DNA of 64,000 bases from a virus (Duplodnaviria; Caudoviricetes): the IMG/VR virus record IMGVR_UViG_3300033068_001704, positions 128,001 through 192,000 of that record, one strand, 5' to 3'. The position numbers were made by a program, and so were the translations under genes. A model generated the notes under the pieces. That model had not been told where the DNA came from and ran no database searches. It was given only the letters and a program-made list of their open reading frames with translations. This document shows, piece by piece, positions 29,601 through 37,499 of this stretch; position 1 is the first letter of the stretch, and each line of letters starts with the position of its first letter.

Positions 29601-30706
29601 ATGTCCCGCCCGATCGAGTGGGTCGTCCCGATCCCTCGGAACGACTCGTAGGCGCTTCCCGGATCCGGGAGATTCACACCCACGTCCGCGGCGTACTTCA
29701 GGATGCGCTCCCGAAGTTCGGCGGAGGACTTCCGGGTGAACGACACCGCCATCACGTTCGAGATGTTCAGGCCGAGGTCGGAGATGTGGTGGACGACCTT
29801 GCCGGCGAGGACGCGGGTCTTTCCGGACCCGGCCCCAGCGGCCATGACGACCTTGCCGCGCGCCATCATGGCGTCTTCCTGCTCGGGGGTCATCTTCAGC
29901 GTCGCGCCGATGGTGGTCGCGTACCCACCCTTGACCCCATCGCCACCCTTCGCGAGCTTCGATGCGGCGTGGGCCTTCACCGAGGCCGGGTCCTTCGACT
30001 TCTCGGCGACGCGGGTCACCTTGTTCATCAGGTCCGCGTTCTCTTCGGAGACCGCAGCCGCCACGGGGTCGGTCGGGTCGAGAACGTCGAGCTTCCGGTT
30101 GTTCTTCATGACGCGGTCGAGGATCGCGTCGGTGGCAGCAACGTCCACCGCGACCTCTTCGACCTCGGAGACCGGGTTGCCGCAGATCTCGGTGGACTCC
30201 TGGATCCACTTCTTGAGGACCGTGAGCTTCCCACCCGAGGCCATCCGGATCCCAGCCAGCTTGAACAGGCGGGGGATGGGGCTCTCGACCTCGGAAGCCT
30301 GGACGACACGGATCGCCTGCGAGGAGTCATCACCGAAGACGTCACGAAGAACGTTCTGGTGCGACTTCAGTCGCGGGAGGAAGAACTCCAGGAACTGCGT
30401 CCGGTTCGCGTACGCCATGACGCCGCTGCCTCGGAGCGCCTGGTCGAGCCGTGTCTTGATGCGGAGCTTCGCCTTCTCGGCGGCCTCGCGGCAGATCGAG
30501 TCGATCCCTGCATCCACAGACGGGGAAATCCGACGCAGAATGATCGTCGCGTCCCCCCTGTGTGCTCGAAGTCGAGCTGCATCGACCCCCGAGTGGAGCG
30601 CGGGATCTGAGTCCAGATCGGATAGGACCCGGTCTACCGCGGCAACAGCCAGGTAGAAGGAGGTCATGTCGAGGAAGTCGGGGGCCTGGATCTGGTCGTT
30701 TGCCAC
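26609..30706 (-). CDS. UvrD/PcrA-family SF1 helicase with long N-terminal extension and internal insertion
   Basis: AGAGSGKT, VDEAQD, GDDKQAIYEFR, NFRS, TVHGWKGLE, ERRLAYVALTR. Confidence 0.92.
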   Translation of the reverse strand: MANDQIQAPDFLDMTSFYLAVAAVDRVLSDLDSDPALHSGVDAARLRAHRGDATIILRRISPSVDAGIDSICREAAEKAKLRIKTRLDQALRGSGVMAYANRTQFLEFFLPRLKSHQNVLRDVFGDDSSQAIRVVQASEVESPIPRLFKLAGIRMASGGKLTVLKKWIQESTEICGNPVSEVEEVAVDVAATDAILDRVMKNNRKLDVLDPTDPVAAAVSEENADLMNKVTRVAEKSKDPASVKAHAASKLAKGGDGVKGGYATTIGATLKMTPEQEDAMMARGKVVMAAGAGSGKTRVLAGKVVHHISDLGLNISNVMAVSFTRKSSAELRERILKYAADVGVNLPDPGSAYESFRGIGTTHSIGRDILKRSGRGYRVSANKNDKDAQPITGSEQSNLIKVAILQVKMRAQGGVAPEIPNDAMTFFPNPPPRANKIDEPDRAPFEPGAENPAMADKSPIANPVEEKSPLAYYFQDEARFKSIIQAAMDTLRDIVTSMPEVKTITTGSGWHVAELFGPGIQRFGNEIARIRIPGSSSAFSFKPAEPRYRSPDRYTAFAKNRAFDKAAVTSFVREALGIDRAENGLKALEVFAASSDPNSLSENEKQIFQSIITQPAVAFGLTARGVLVKPGVSEEEAEPMPRFAADDDTSGAVSEKGIESASQRKLRYLDHDKSPFYYWMHNPASQWFNIGATEADFKTTDAKGEEKDIPVGEFLRFVGLRKNSLVAPGAAFKEGSVTDSGVGEDEEGTLDQETLDAARSKRVFSAVYGAYEWLKGNVPQLKGRLDYDDQLVIPSRELIENPQLLTKYQKQFKCVLVDEAQDLNKAQHLLFGMLAGYIDPATQKPRADGKMSADTFALIGDDKQAIYEFRAADPGEFIDKSDLVPNGAGFATKLLDTNFRSGSAIVEAANKLIAYNSKQIPMVCKTDPAKGEGTIRRASVKTPEDGAAFMADSILADFEEAKQNGTEKGFYSRYGLAVRTNREVYGYAMAMIERGIPFKSKKNFLAGPAIGPIIGLFSIMRTDDVQARNEGVLAGLKAPDYGINARTIRGKMEELRVRDFYKFLVEEGGASQVYSYRKMADKLQDYADYLEEIVKVGTSGSATDVIDLILNSKGPDGDTFVDSLSASLLDDAEAMEEIQMKATEENDDGKVTPEMLANYALAPIEPLRRAAERFPTAIAFVDFISSLVESNKKNSNDGDTKADAVQIDTVHGWKGLETANLFVPMWQGGFPHRRSSGDPKLMESERRLAYVALTRGQQSVTILEPRMDGIGKDISASQFMYEACVPLSGTTETDAEKSASASALGFEDYLKSAHPLDFVMPYSDDEYLPEEMPPAEMVPVLPTLAPEEPDDLESAWGTYADSGEI

Positions 30707-30770
30707 GTGGGGATCTCCACTCGCCTACGGCGCGCTACCCTAACCCCCTTATCGCAGGAATAGAGCGACG

Positions 30771-31379
30771 ATGCCTTATCGACACGCACCGCTCCCCGAG
30801 CCTGATGTTGCGGGGCTAGACACTGCCTTCTGGCAACAGAAGAATACCGTCTCGGGGGAGGGCTCTGCAATCCGATCGGCGGACACGCAGATCGTCAACG
30901 GTCTTACGCGTTTCGTCCAGGATTGGTACAAGGAAACGCAGCGGCGCTACCCGACGACGTACCACGTCATCCTCCACGACCTGAACCAGGCGGCGAGCGG
31001 GCGCGGTACGTACCTGAAGGTCCGTGGGAAATCGAGGTTCCTCCTTGGGGTCCTCGCCTCGATCGCGGAGCTGGGGGGATGGCTCTCGGTGAACCCCGAG
31101 CTGTTCGACCAGGCGAAGGCCACGCACGCTGAGGTGTCGGCTTCGGTCAAGGAGTCCGCGATCCGGTGGTCCCAGCAGGACCCTCAGATCCGCCGTGTCC
31201 TTTCGGCCGCGTTTCGGTCGAACTCAGCGAAGTTGGACCCGGATCTCCTGTACGGGTACCCCATTCCGCCCGAAGACATCATGGAGGGGGTGTACTTCCG
31301 CTCGGTTGCGCAGTACGACTTCTTGTTCTTCGAGTCCCCCCGGACGGCTCAGAACCTGTTTCTGTACCTGTACGGCTGA
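30771..31379 (+). CDS. Hypothetical protein
   Basis: 202 aa ORF with typical codon usage, divergent from UvrD. Confidence 0.6.
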   Translation: MPYRHAPLPEPDVAGLDTAFWQQKNTVSGEGSAIRSADTQIVNGLTRFVQDWYKETQRRYPTTYHVILHDLNQAASGRGTYLKVRGKSRFLLGVLASIAELGGWLSVNPELFDQAKATHAEVSASVKESAIRWSQQDPQIRRVLSAAFRSNSAKLDPDLLYGYPIPPEDIMEGVYFRSVAQYDFLFFESPRTAQNLFLYLYG

Positions 31380-31404
31380 TTCCCTGGGTCCCTGACCCCC
31401 CTAG

Positions 31405-31425
31405 TGACGGTAACGCTTACCGTCA
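31405..31425. promoter_or_regulatory. 9-bp inverted repeat TGACGGTAA-cgc-TTACCGTCA abutting the SNF2 start codon
   Basis: Seen directly; shares the CGGTAA/TTACCG core with 10832..10850. Confidence 0.45.
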
Positions 31426-33029
31426 TGTCTCAGAATGATCTCGCGGCCCTACACGCCAAACTCAAAGACATCCGGACGCGCACGGACCTCCAGACGCGAC
31501 CCACCCCGCTTCTGAAGCTGAAGTTCATCGCGCTCGACGGGAGCGAGCGCGAGGTCAAGCTCCGCTACTACCAGGTTCAGGGGGTCATGCACCTCCTGGC
31601 CATGAAGCGGTTCCTGCTGGGGGACGACACAGGCCTTGGAAAGACGCTTCAGTCGATCGCCGCCCTCTGCTTTCTTTGGGAGCGGAAGCCCGACCTCAAG
31701 GTTGTGATTCTCACGACGAAGTCGGCGGTCGAGCAGTGGGCCTCGGAGTTCGAGCGGTTCACCACCATCCCTCGACCCCTGGTTTGCCGGGGAAACCCAG
31801 CTCAGCGGACGAAGATCAGGGAGAAGTTCATGGCGACCGAGGGCCCGGCCGTCATGGTCATGGGGTATCGGTCCGCTGTCCAGGATCTCACGGAGATCCA
31901 GGAGTGGGGTGGGTTCATCCTCATCACGGATGAGGCGACGGCCTACAAGAACCAGAAGACGCAGTGCCACCAGGTCATTCGGCACCTTTCGATGCGGGCG
32001 GAGCGTCACTGGGCCCTCACGGCGACCATGATCAAGAACGAGCTGGTCGAGGGGTGGGGGATCTACAACGCCCTCGTCCCTGGGCTCTTTGGGAACCACA
32101 ACAGCTTCCTGAACGAATACTGCATCACCAGGATGGTGAAGTTGCCGAAGTCGAACCGCCAGATCCCCATGATCGTCGGGTACCGGCAGCGCGACATCGA
32201 CGCGTTCAGAGAGAAGATCGACCCCTACTTCCTCGGGAGAGCGAAGTTCGAGGTCGCCTCGGAGCTTCCCCCTCTCTCCACGAAGCACGTCAAGGTCACC
32301 CTCACGAAGTTCCAGCAGGAGAAGTACGCGGAAGCGCTCTCCGGGCTCCTCGCGGTCGGGAAGGGGGACCAGGCAGAAGAGAAGGAGGTCACGAAGCTCA
32401 CCGCCGTGACCTACTGCCAGCAGATCGTCAACCACCCTGAGCTGATCGGGTGCGATGGGGACTCGGACAAGCTCGACACACTGCTCGATCTTCTGACGGA
32501 AGGTGATCTCGCTGACCAGAAGGTCATCGTCTTTTCCCGCTTCAAGAAGATGGTGGACATCATGCTCCTCGCCTTGAAGAAGGCAGGGATCAAGGCCACG
32601 CGAATCACGGGGGATGAGGACGAGAAGGCGCGCAAAGCCAACCAGGACGCCTTCCAGGACCCGAAGTCGGAGATCCGAGTCATCTGCATCACCACCGCAG
32701 CATCGGAAGCGATCAACCTTCAGGCAGCGAAGGCGATCGTGTTCTATGACACGCCGTGGAGTGCCGGGGAGTATCTTCAGCTCCTCGGTCGCATGATCCG
32801 CATCGGGAGCACGCACGACCGCTGCTACGCGATTCACCTCAACGCGGTGGATACGATCGACGAGCGAGTCGCGAAAGTTCTGACGAAGAAGATGGATCTC
32901 GTCGAACGCGTCCTCGGAAAGCGTATCAAGGGGGAGGACGATGCGAACACCATCGTCGGGGTGGAGAACGACATCTCCGACCTGTTCAGCACGCTGGTCG
33001 AGGATGCGAAGCGGAGACAGACGACTTGA
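31425..33029 (+). CDS. SNF2-family SF2 helicase/ATPase
   Basis: GDDTGLGKT, TDEA, TAT, KVIVFS, AINLQ, QLLGRMIRIG. Confidence 0.9.
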   Translation: MSQNDLAALHAKLKDIRTRTDLQTRPTPLLKLKFIALDGSEREVKLRYYQVQGVMHLLAMKRFLLGDDTGLGKTLQSIAALCFLWERKPDLKVVILTTKSAVEQWASEFERFTTIPRPLVCRGNPAQRTKIREKFMATEGPAVMVMGYRSAVQDLTEIQEWGGFILITDEATAYKNQKTQCHQVIRHLSMRAERHWALTATMIKNELVEGWGIYNALVPGLFGNHNSFLNEYCITRMVKLPKSNRQIPMIVGYRQRDIDAFREKIDPYFLGRAKFEVASELPPLSTKHVKVTLTKFQQEKYAEALSGLLAVGKGDQAEEKEVTKLTAVTYCQQIVNHPELIGCDGDSDKLDTLLDLLTEGDLADQKVIVFSRFKKMVDIMLLALKKAGIKATRITGDEDEKARKANQDAFQDPKSEIRVICITTAASEAINLQAAKAIVFYDTPWSAGEYLQLLGRMIRIGSTHDRCYAIHLNAVDTIDERVAKVLTKKMDLVERVLGKRIKGEDDANTIVGVENDISDLFSTLVEDAKRRQTT

Positions 33030-33952
33030 CGACCCCCGGGAAGAAGAAGTCCGCATGCCCCAAGGGGGACGAGTGCCCGGTGTGCTTCGGGCTCGGCTTC
33101 TATGAGGACGGGTCCACGACGAAGGTCGGGGAGACTGTGGTCGGAACACCGGTCACTCGACCGTGCAAGTACGCGCTCGCCCAGGAGATCTCGTACCTCC
33201 TAGACCAAGCGCACCCGGGCCTGTCGGAGGCCAAGAAGGTCAGCTCCTCGGAGCTGTTCGGGCGGGAGGACGACGACCTCTACATCACCGGGTCGATGGC
33301 GGCCTTCCTGTCCCACCTCAAGTTCGTGGCGATCCGCATGGGTCGCACGAGAGGCGTCAAGGTGGTGTCTGATTCGGAACTCGTCACGGCCTGGCTCGGA
33401 AGCGTAAGCCTGGGTGGGGGAGAGATTCTCGACCCGGATGCCGCAGCCGTATCGTCCAAGAAGTTGACGCTGGTCGATCTCATCGAGCCCCCGGACCTTC
33501 TCGTCATCCGTCTCGGCGTCAAGTCGGCCCGGAACGTCGCGATGTGCGAGGTCTTCGAGGAGGCGCTCCGGCATCGGTCTCACCGCAACAAGGCCACCTG
33601 GGTGTACGACCCGGACTGGTACGCTGACTCGTTCGGTTCTGAGAACCTGAAGATCAGGGCTGACCACCGTTGTTACTCGATCCGCGTCGAGGAGTACATG
33701 GCCCCCTGGCCTCACGTGAAGCTCGATGCGGGAGGTCCCAGACTTCAGGTAGAGATGTACACGGGGAAGGAAGAGGGATCCGAGACGGCAGCTTCAGGGG
33801 AGGACACGCCGGCTACGTCGATCACGAATTTCATCCCGACCCTTTCAGGGGCCCACAACTCGGCCAACACCGGAGCGCGCCGTTTCGAGCGAGAGACGCG
33901 CGAACCCAAGCAGAAGAAGACCCCTTACAAGGGTAGCCGCGGGGATTCATGA
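33026..33952 (+). CDS. DnaC/IstB-like helicase loader with degenerate ATPase motifs
   Basis: N-terminal CPVC.G.G...PC, then LYITG, LLVIRLG and R..RNKATWV in DnaC register; coupled to DnaB; TTG start inferred. Confidence 0.5.
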   Translation: MTTPGKKKSACPKGDECPVCFGLGFYEDGSTTKVGETVVGTPVTRPCKYALAQEISYLLDQAHPGLSEAKKVSSSELFGREDDDLYITGSMAAFLSHLKFVAIRMGRTRGVKVVSDSELVTAWLGSVSLGGGEILDPDAAAVSSKKLTLVDLIEPPDLLVIRLGVKSARNVAMCEVFEEALRHRSHRNKATWVYDPDWYADSFGSENLKIRADHRCYSIRVEEYMAPWPHVKLDAGGPRLQVEMYTGKEEGSETAASGEDTPATSITNFIPTLSGAHNSANTGARRFERETREPKQKKTPYKGSRGDS

Positions 33953-35502
33953 AGTTCCTGATCCGTTCCACGTTCCTGTCGGTCCCCTCGGACGACAAGG
34001 AACTCACGTTCCGGAATTTCCTCCTTCTCGATGACTCGGGGCTCGGATTCGATGTCCCTGAGGACCTCATCCTCTGGGAGTTCGTCCGAGACTTCTCCCG
34101 CACACACAACCACTCCCCCGACATCCGCACGATCCGGTCTCACTTCGAGTCGTTGCGGAAGCCTGAGCCGGTGGACCGGCTGGAGATCATCTCCACCCTC
34201 AAGCCGCTCTATCGTGGCGACTTCATCAAGCGCCTGGAAGAGCGGGCGGAAGACCGGCGGACGAAGCGCACCCTGGAGGTCCTGAGGGAGGCTGGGCAGA
34301 TCCTTCAGGTGGGGATCGAGATCCAGGAGGGGAAGGATCGGCGCAACAAGAAGATGCTCCGGGGACCCATCGACGCGGTCCGGTACGTCATCGAGAAGTC
34401 CCACGACATCGTCACCCCCACGAGCAGCGCACGCCTCTCAGGAGAAGCCCTGGGAGACGGTGATGACTTCCAGGCGGAGTACGAGAGGATCAAGAACGAC
34501 CCTCTCGCAGGCATGGGCCAGTTCACCGGCATCCAGCAGCTCGACGAAACGCTCAAGGGGGCGAAGCGGTACGAGCTGTGGACTCACGCAGCTTTCACTG
34601 GTGGCATGAAGTCCACGTTCGCGATCAACTGGTTGTACAACCAGGCCGTCTACATGAAGCACGACGGCTTGATGTTCTCGCTGGAGATGCCGTACAACCA
34701 GGTCCGCCGGATTCTCTTCTCGATCCACTCGATGCACGGCAAGTTCCGCGAGACCCGCATCAAGCTCGGCATCCAGAAGGACGGTAGGAACGTCGGGATC
34801 CCCTACGAGAAGCTGAGGGACGGGGACATGTCCCCGGCGGAAGAACAGTTCCTTCTCCATACGGTCATCCCCGACCTCAAGAGCAGCGAGTACGGCAAGA
34901 TTCATATCGAGGTCGCGGACCCAGACAAGAGCGAGTTCACCGTTCTCGACATGAAGAGCCGCGCGGAGCTGATCTACGCGAAGTCCCCGTTCGCCCTCCT
35001 GATCTGCGATCACGCAGGCCTCATGGCCCCACGTCATCGCATGGGAAGCACGACCGAGAACCTCAACGAGGTGATCCGAGATCTGAAGCGGCTCGCGATG
35101 AACTTCAACAGAGGCGCAGGCATGGCTGTGCTCTCGCTGTTCCAGATCTCCCGAGAAGGCTTCAAGGCAGCGGAGAAGGCCGTCGAGAAAACTGGTGCAT
35201 CCTTCAGCACCGGGCCCTACAACCTGACCCACCTCTCGTACGCCAACGAGTGCGAGCGATCCTCGGACATCGTGACCGCTTCCTACGTCAACGACGATCT
35301 CCGCTCGCAGAATCGTGTCCTCTTCCAGTGCCTGAAGACGCGCGACCAAGCCCCCTTCTCGAACTTCTTCACTCGGGTCGAGTGGACGTCGAGACGAATG
35401 CTCACCTCCCATGAAGTCCCGATGGTTCAAGGGAGACCTGATGGCGATGCTGCCAAGGAAAAGATGAAAGAGACCCTGGACGAGATCATCGAGGCGATGT
35501 GA
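33949..35502 (+). CDS. DnaB-like replicative helicase
   Basis: TGIQQLD, AFTGGMKST (Walker A), FSLEM, ICDHAGL, LFQISR, ERSSDIV, LKTRD. Confidence 0.88.
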   Translation: MKFLIRSTFLSVPSDDKELTFRNFLLLDDSGLGFDVPEDLILWEFVRDFSRTHNHSPDIRTIRSHFESLRKPEPVDRLEIISTLKPLYRGDFIKRLEERAEDRRTKRTLEVLREAGQILQVGIEIQEGKDRRNKKMLRGPIDAVRYVIEKSHDIVTPTSSARLSGEALGDGDDFQAEYERIKNDPLAGMGQFTGIQQLDETLKGAKRYELWTHAAFTGGMKSTFAINWLYNQAVYMKHDGLMFSLEMPYNQVRRILFSIHSMHGKFRETRIKLGIQKDGRNVGIPYEKLRDGDMSPAEEQFLLHTVIPDLKSSEYGKIHIEVADPDKSEFTVLDMKSRAELIYAKSPFALLICDHAGLMAPRHRMGSTTENLNEVIRDLKRLAMNFNRGAGMAVLSLFQISREGFKAAEKAVEKTGASFSTGPYNLTHLSYANECERSSDIVTASYVNDDLRSQNRVLFQCLKTRDQAPFSNFFTRVEWTSRRMLTSHEVPMVQGRPDGDAAKEKMKETLDEIIEAM

Positions 35503-35876
35503 AGATGAGTACGAAGTGGATTTCCGACAGTGAGTGGACGTGTGCTCGACACATCCCGATGACGCGGTTCCCTGTGAACCTGGAGCAGTGCTGGTACTGC
35601 CGAGCGGAGAGACCCCCGCTCGATGGTCGAAACCCGGTCATCCCGCCGCGTGTGGCTCCCCCTCAGCCTCGGATCAAGACCGCGGCGGCGGTGACGGGAA
35701 AGTGCGCCTGGGGACCGTGCAAGAACGCGAGCGCGAGCAACTCGAAGTATTGCAGTCGCACGTGTTCGAACCGGAACGCACGCGCTCGCTTCAGCAAGAG
35801 TCAGGAGCTGACCCCTGAGCCGGCCCCCACCCGTCCGAGAACGTTGCGGGATACCCCCAGAAGGGCAACGACGTAG
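35499..35876 (+). CDS. Small Cys-rich zinc-finger protein
   Basis: C..H, CWYC, CAWGPC and YCSRTC motifs. Confidence 0.6.
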   Translation: MKMSTKWISDSEWTCARHIPMTRFPVNLEQCWYCRAERPPLDGRNPVIPPRVAPPQPRIKTAAAVTGKCAWGPCKNASASNSKYCSRTCSNRNARARFSKSQELTPEPAPTRPRTLRDTPRRATT

Positions 35877-36457
35877 TGAGCCGCTCGCGCGAACGTGCTG
35901 ATCGAATCCGTACTGAGATCCCGATCGTGGATCTGCTGGCTACGTACGGGTACGAGGTCCGTGCCAGCGGGGGTGACCGAGAACAGCAGTTTTCGTGTGA
36001 CCTCCATGGCGACGGAACGGATTCTAAGCCGTCCGCGCGAGTCTATCCTGAGTCGGGTCACTGGTACTGCTTCGCCTGTGCGACGAGTCGGGATGCGATC
36101 CAGACGGTTCGTGAGAAGGAGGGGCTCGACTTCGCTGCTGCGTGCGCGCTCCTCGAACGTCGGTTCAACCTTCCTACGCTCCCTTGGAGCGATGACAACG
36201 ACTCCCCCACGAACGAACTCTCGGCCTCCTTGGAGGCTCCGGTTCCGACGGTCTTGGACGCGCAGAGGCGCGTCTCCTCGCTCCTCAAGGCGTTGACGGA
36301 GGAGAGGTCTCTTTCCCTCCACGAGACCCTGGTGTTCTGGGAGCAGTACGACCGCGTCTCGTTCGCGATGTCGAAGGGTGTCGAGGGCGCGTCGGAGGCC
36401 TTCCTGAAGCTGAGGGACCGGTTGGTCCAGGCGGTTGGGCATCAGGCCGCAGCATGA
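35876..36457 (+). CDS. CHC2 zinc-finger (DnaG primase N-terminal domain) protein without TOPRIM
   Basis: CDLH..D.KPS..VY....WYCFAC...DAI..V...EGLDF..A; only 193 aa. Confidence 0.85.
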   Translation: MSRSRERADRIRTEIPIVDLLATYGYEVRASGGDREQQFSCDLHGDGTDSKPSARVYPESGHWYCFACATSRDAIQTVREKEGLDFAAACALLERRFNLPTLPWSDDNDSPTNELSASLEAPVPTVLDAQRRVSSLLKALTEERSLSLHETLVFWEQYDRVSFAMSKGVEGASEAFLKLRDRLVQAVGHQAAA

Positions 36458-36879
36458 ACGGGGTTGTGGTCACGACCATCCCAGACGCGGCATGGGGCAA
36501 CCCCAAGATCGCTCGGGCCGTGGGGGATGACCGCGATCCGTGGGGCGTCCTCGCCCCGCTGCGTGAGACACCCTGGGAGGACCTCATTCCTATCGTTCCT
36601 GCCTCGATCCTCGATCAGGCATTCCGGGGGCACGCGACGCCCCTGATGAAAATCCTAGGGCCGCCCCCCAGCGCGCTCATGAGGAGACTTCCGGTTCAGT
36701 ACACCCAGTGCCGAGAGAGGCGTTCCTGCATCAACGCGGGGCCCCTGTGCAGGCCGGGTCCGAAGATGCCGGACTGCTGGGAAGGTGAAGGTCTCGACAG
36801 CGCAGCCGTTGCCGTGGCCTCTCAGATCGCCCGTCTTTGGCGGGAAGGCACGATTGTGATCGTCTTGGAGGATTCATGA
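36454..36879 (+). CDS. Hypothetical Cys-containing protein
   Basis: 141 aa ORF coupled within the replication operon. Confidence 0.6.
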   Translation: MNGVVVTTIPDAAWGNPKIARAVGDDRDPWGVLAPLRETPWEDLIPIVPASILDQAFRGHATPLMKILGPPPSALMRRLPVQYTQCRERRSCINAGPLCRPGPKMPDCWEGEGLDSAAVAVASQIARLWREGTIVIVLEDS

Positions 36880-37487
36880 GCATCGTTGCAGAGCAGATCA
36901 GGTACGAGGAAGGCCGTCGCGTTGGGCGGACCACGCAAAGTCTTCGCCATGCACTCAACTTGGCGGCGGAGGGGCGGAAGGTTTCTTACGTCACCCACAC
37001 GACGGATGCTGCGACCGTACTTCGCCAATTCATCATGGGTGACGAGTCCTTCGCAGACATCCGAGCGAAGATCGCTCTCCACTGCAAGAACGAGATCCGC
37101 TTTGAGGGCGGGGGGGTTGTTCGGTTCTTCAGCTTCATGCAGGACCGTCAGGGGAGGATGCGTGGGTACACGACGGCCGTGATCCCCGACCACTACGCCT
37201 ACGAGCAGGCGGTCGAGGCCTTGCGGGCGCAGGACGCTCGGGTCGTCAGGCTGGAGGGGCAGCTACACGCTCAGGATGGGCGTCTCGATGAGTCCCTTTC
37301 CCAGAACCTCCGGCTGATGGATAGGATCCGTGATCTGGAGCGCTCGCTGGCGCAAGCCACGGATGGAAGTGAGGACGAACGCGTCCGCACGGCCTACCTC
37401 AAACTCTCAGAAACCCGCAATGCGCTGAAGGAATCGGAGGAGACCATGTCGCTTCTGCGGGACCTGCTCGGGAGGTCTCAGGGGTAA
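36876..37487 (+). CDS. Hypothetical protein with P-loop-like remnant and C-terminal coiled coil
   Basis: RRVGRTT...GRKVSYVTHT; heptad-rich C-terminus; GGAGG SD before ATG 36876. Confidence 0.55.
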   Translation: MSIVAEQIRYEEGRRVGRTTQSLRHALNLAAEGRKVSYVTHTTDAATVLRQFIMGDESFADIRAKIALHCKNEIRFEGGGVVRFFSFMQDRQGRMRGYTTAVIPDHYAYEQAVEALRAQDARVVRLEGQLHAQDGRLDESLSQNLRLMDRIRDLERSLAQATDGSEDERVRTAYLKLSETRNALKESEETMSLLRDLLGRSQG

Positions 37488-37499
37488 CCTAGGTTCCCC

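Noticed and set aside
36876-37200. Terminase large subunit (RRVGRTT resembles RRxGKT)
   Set aside because: Too short, lacks the Walker A Lys, a clear Walker B and a nuclease domain
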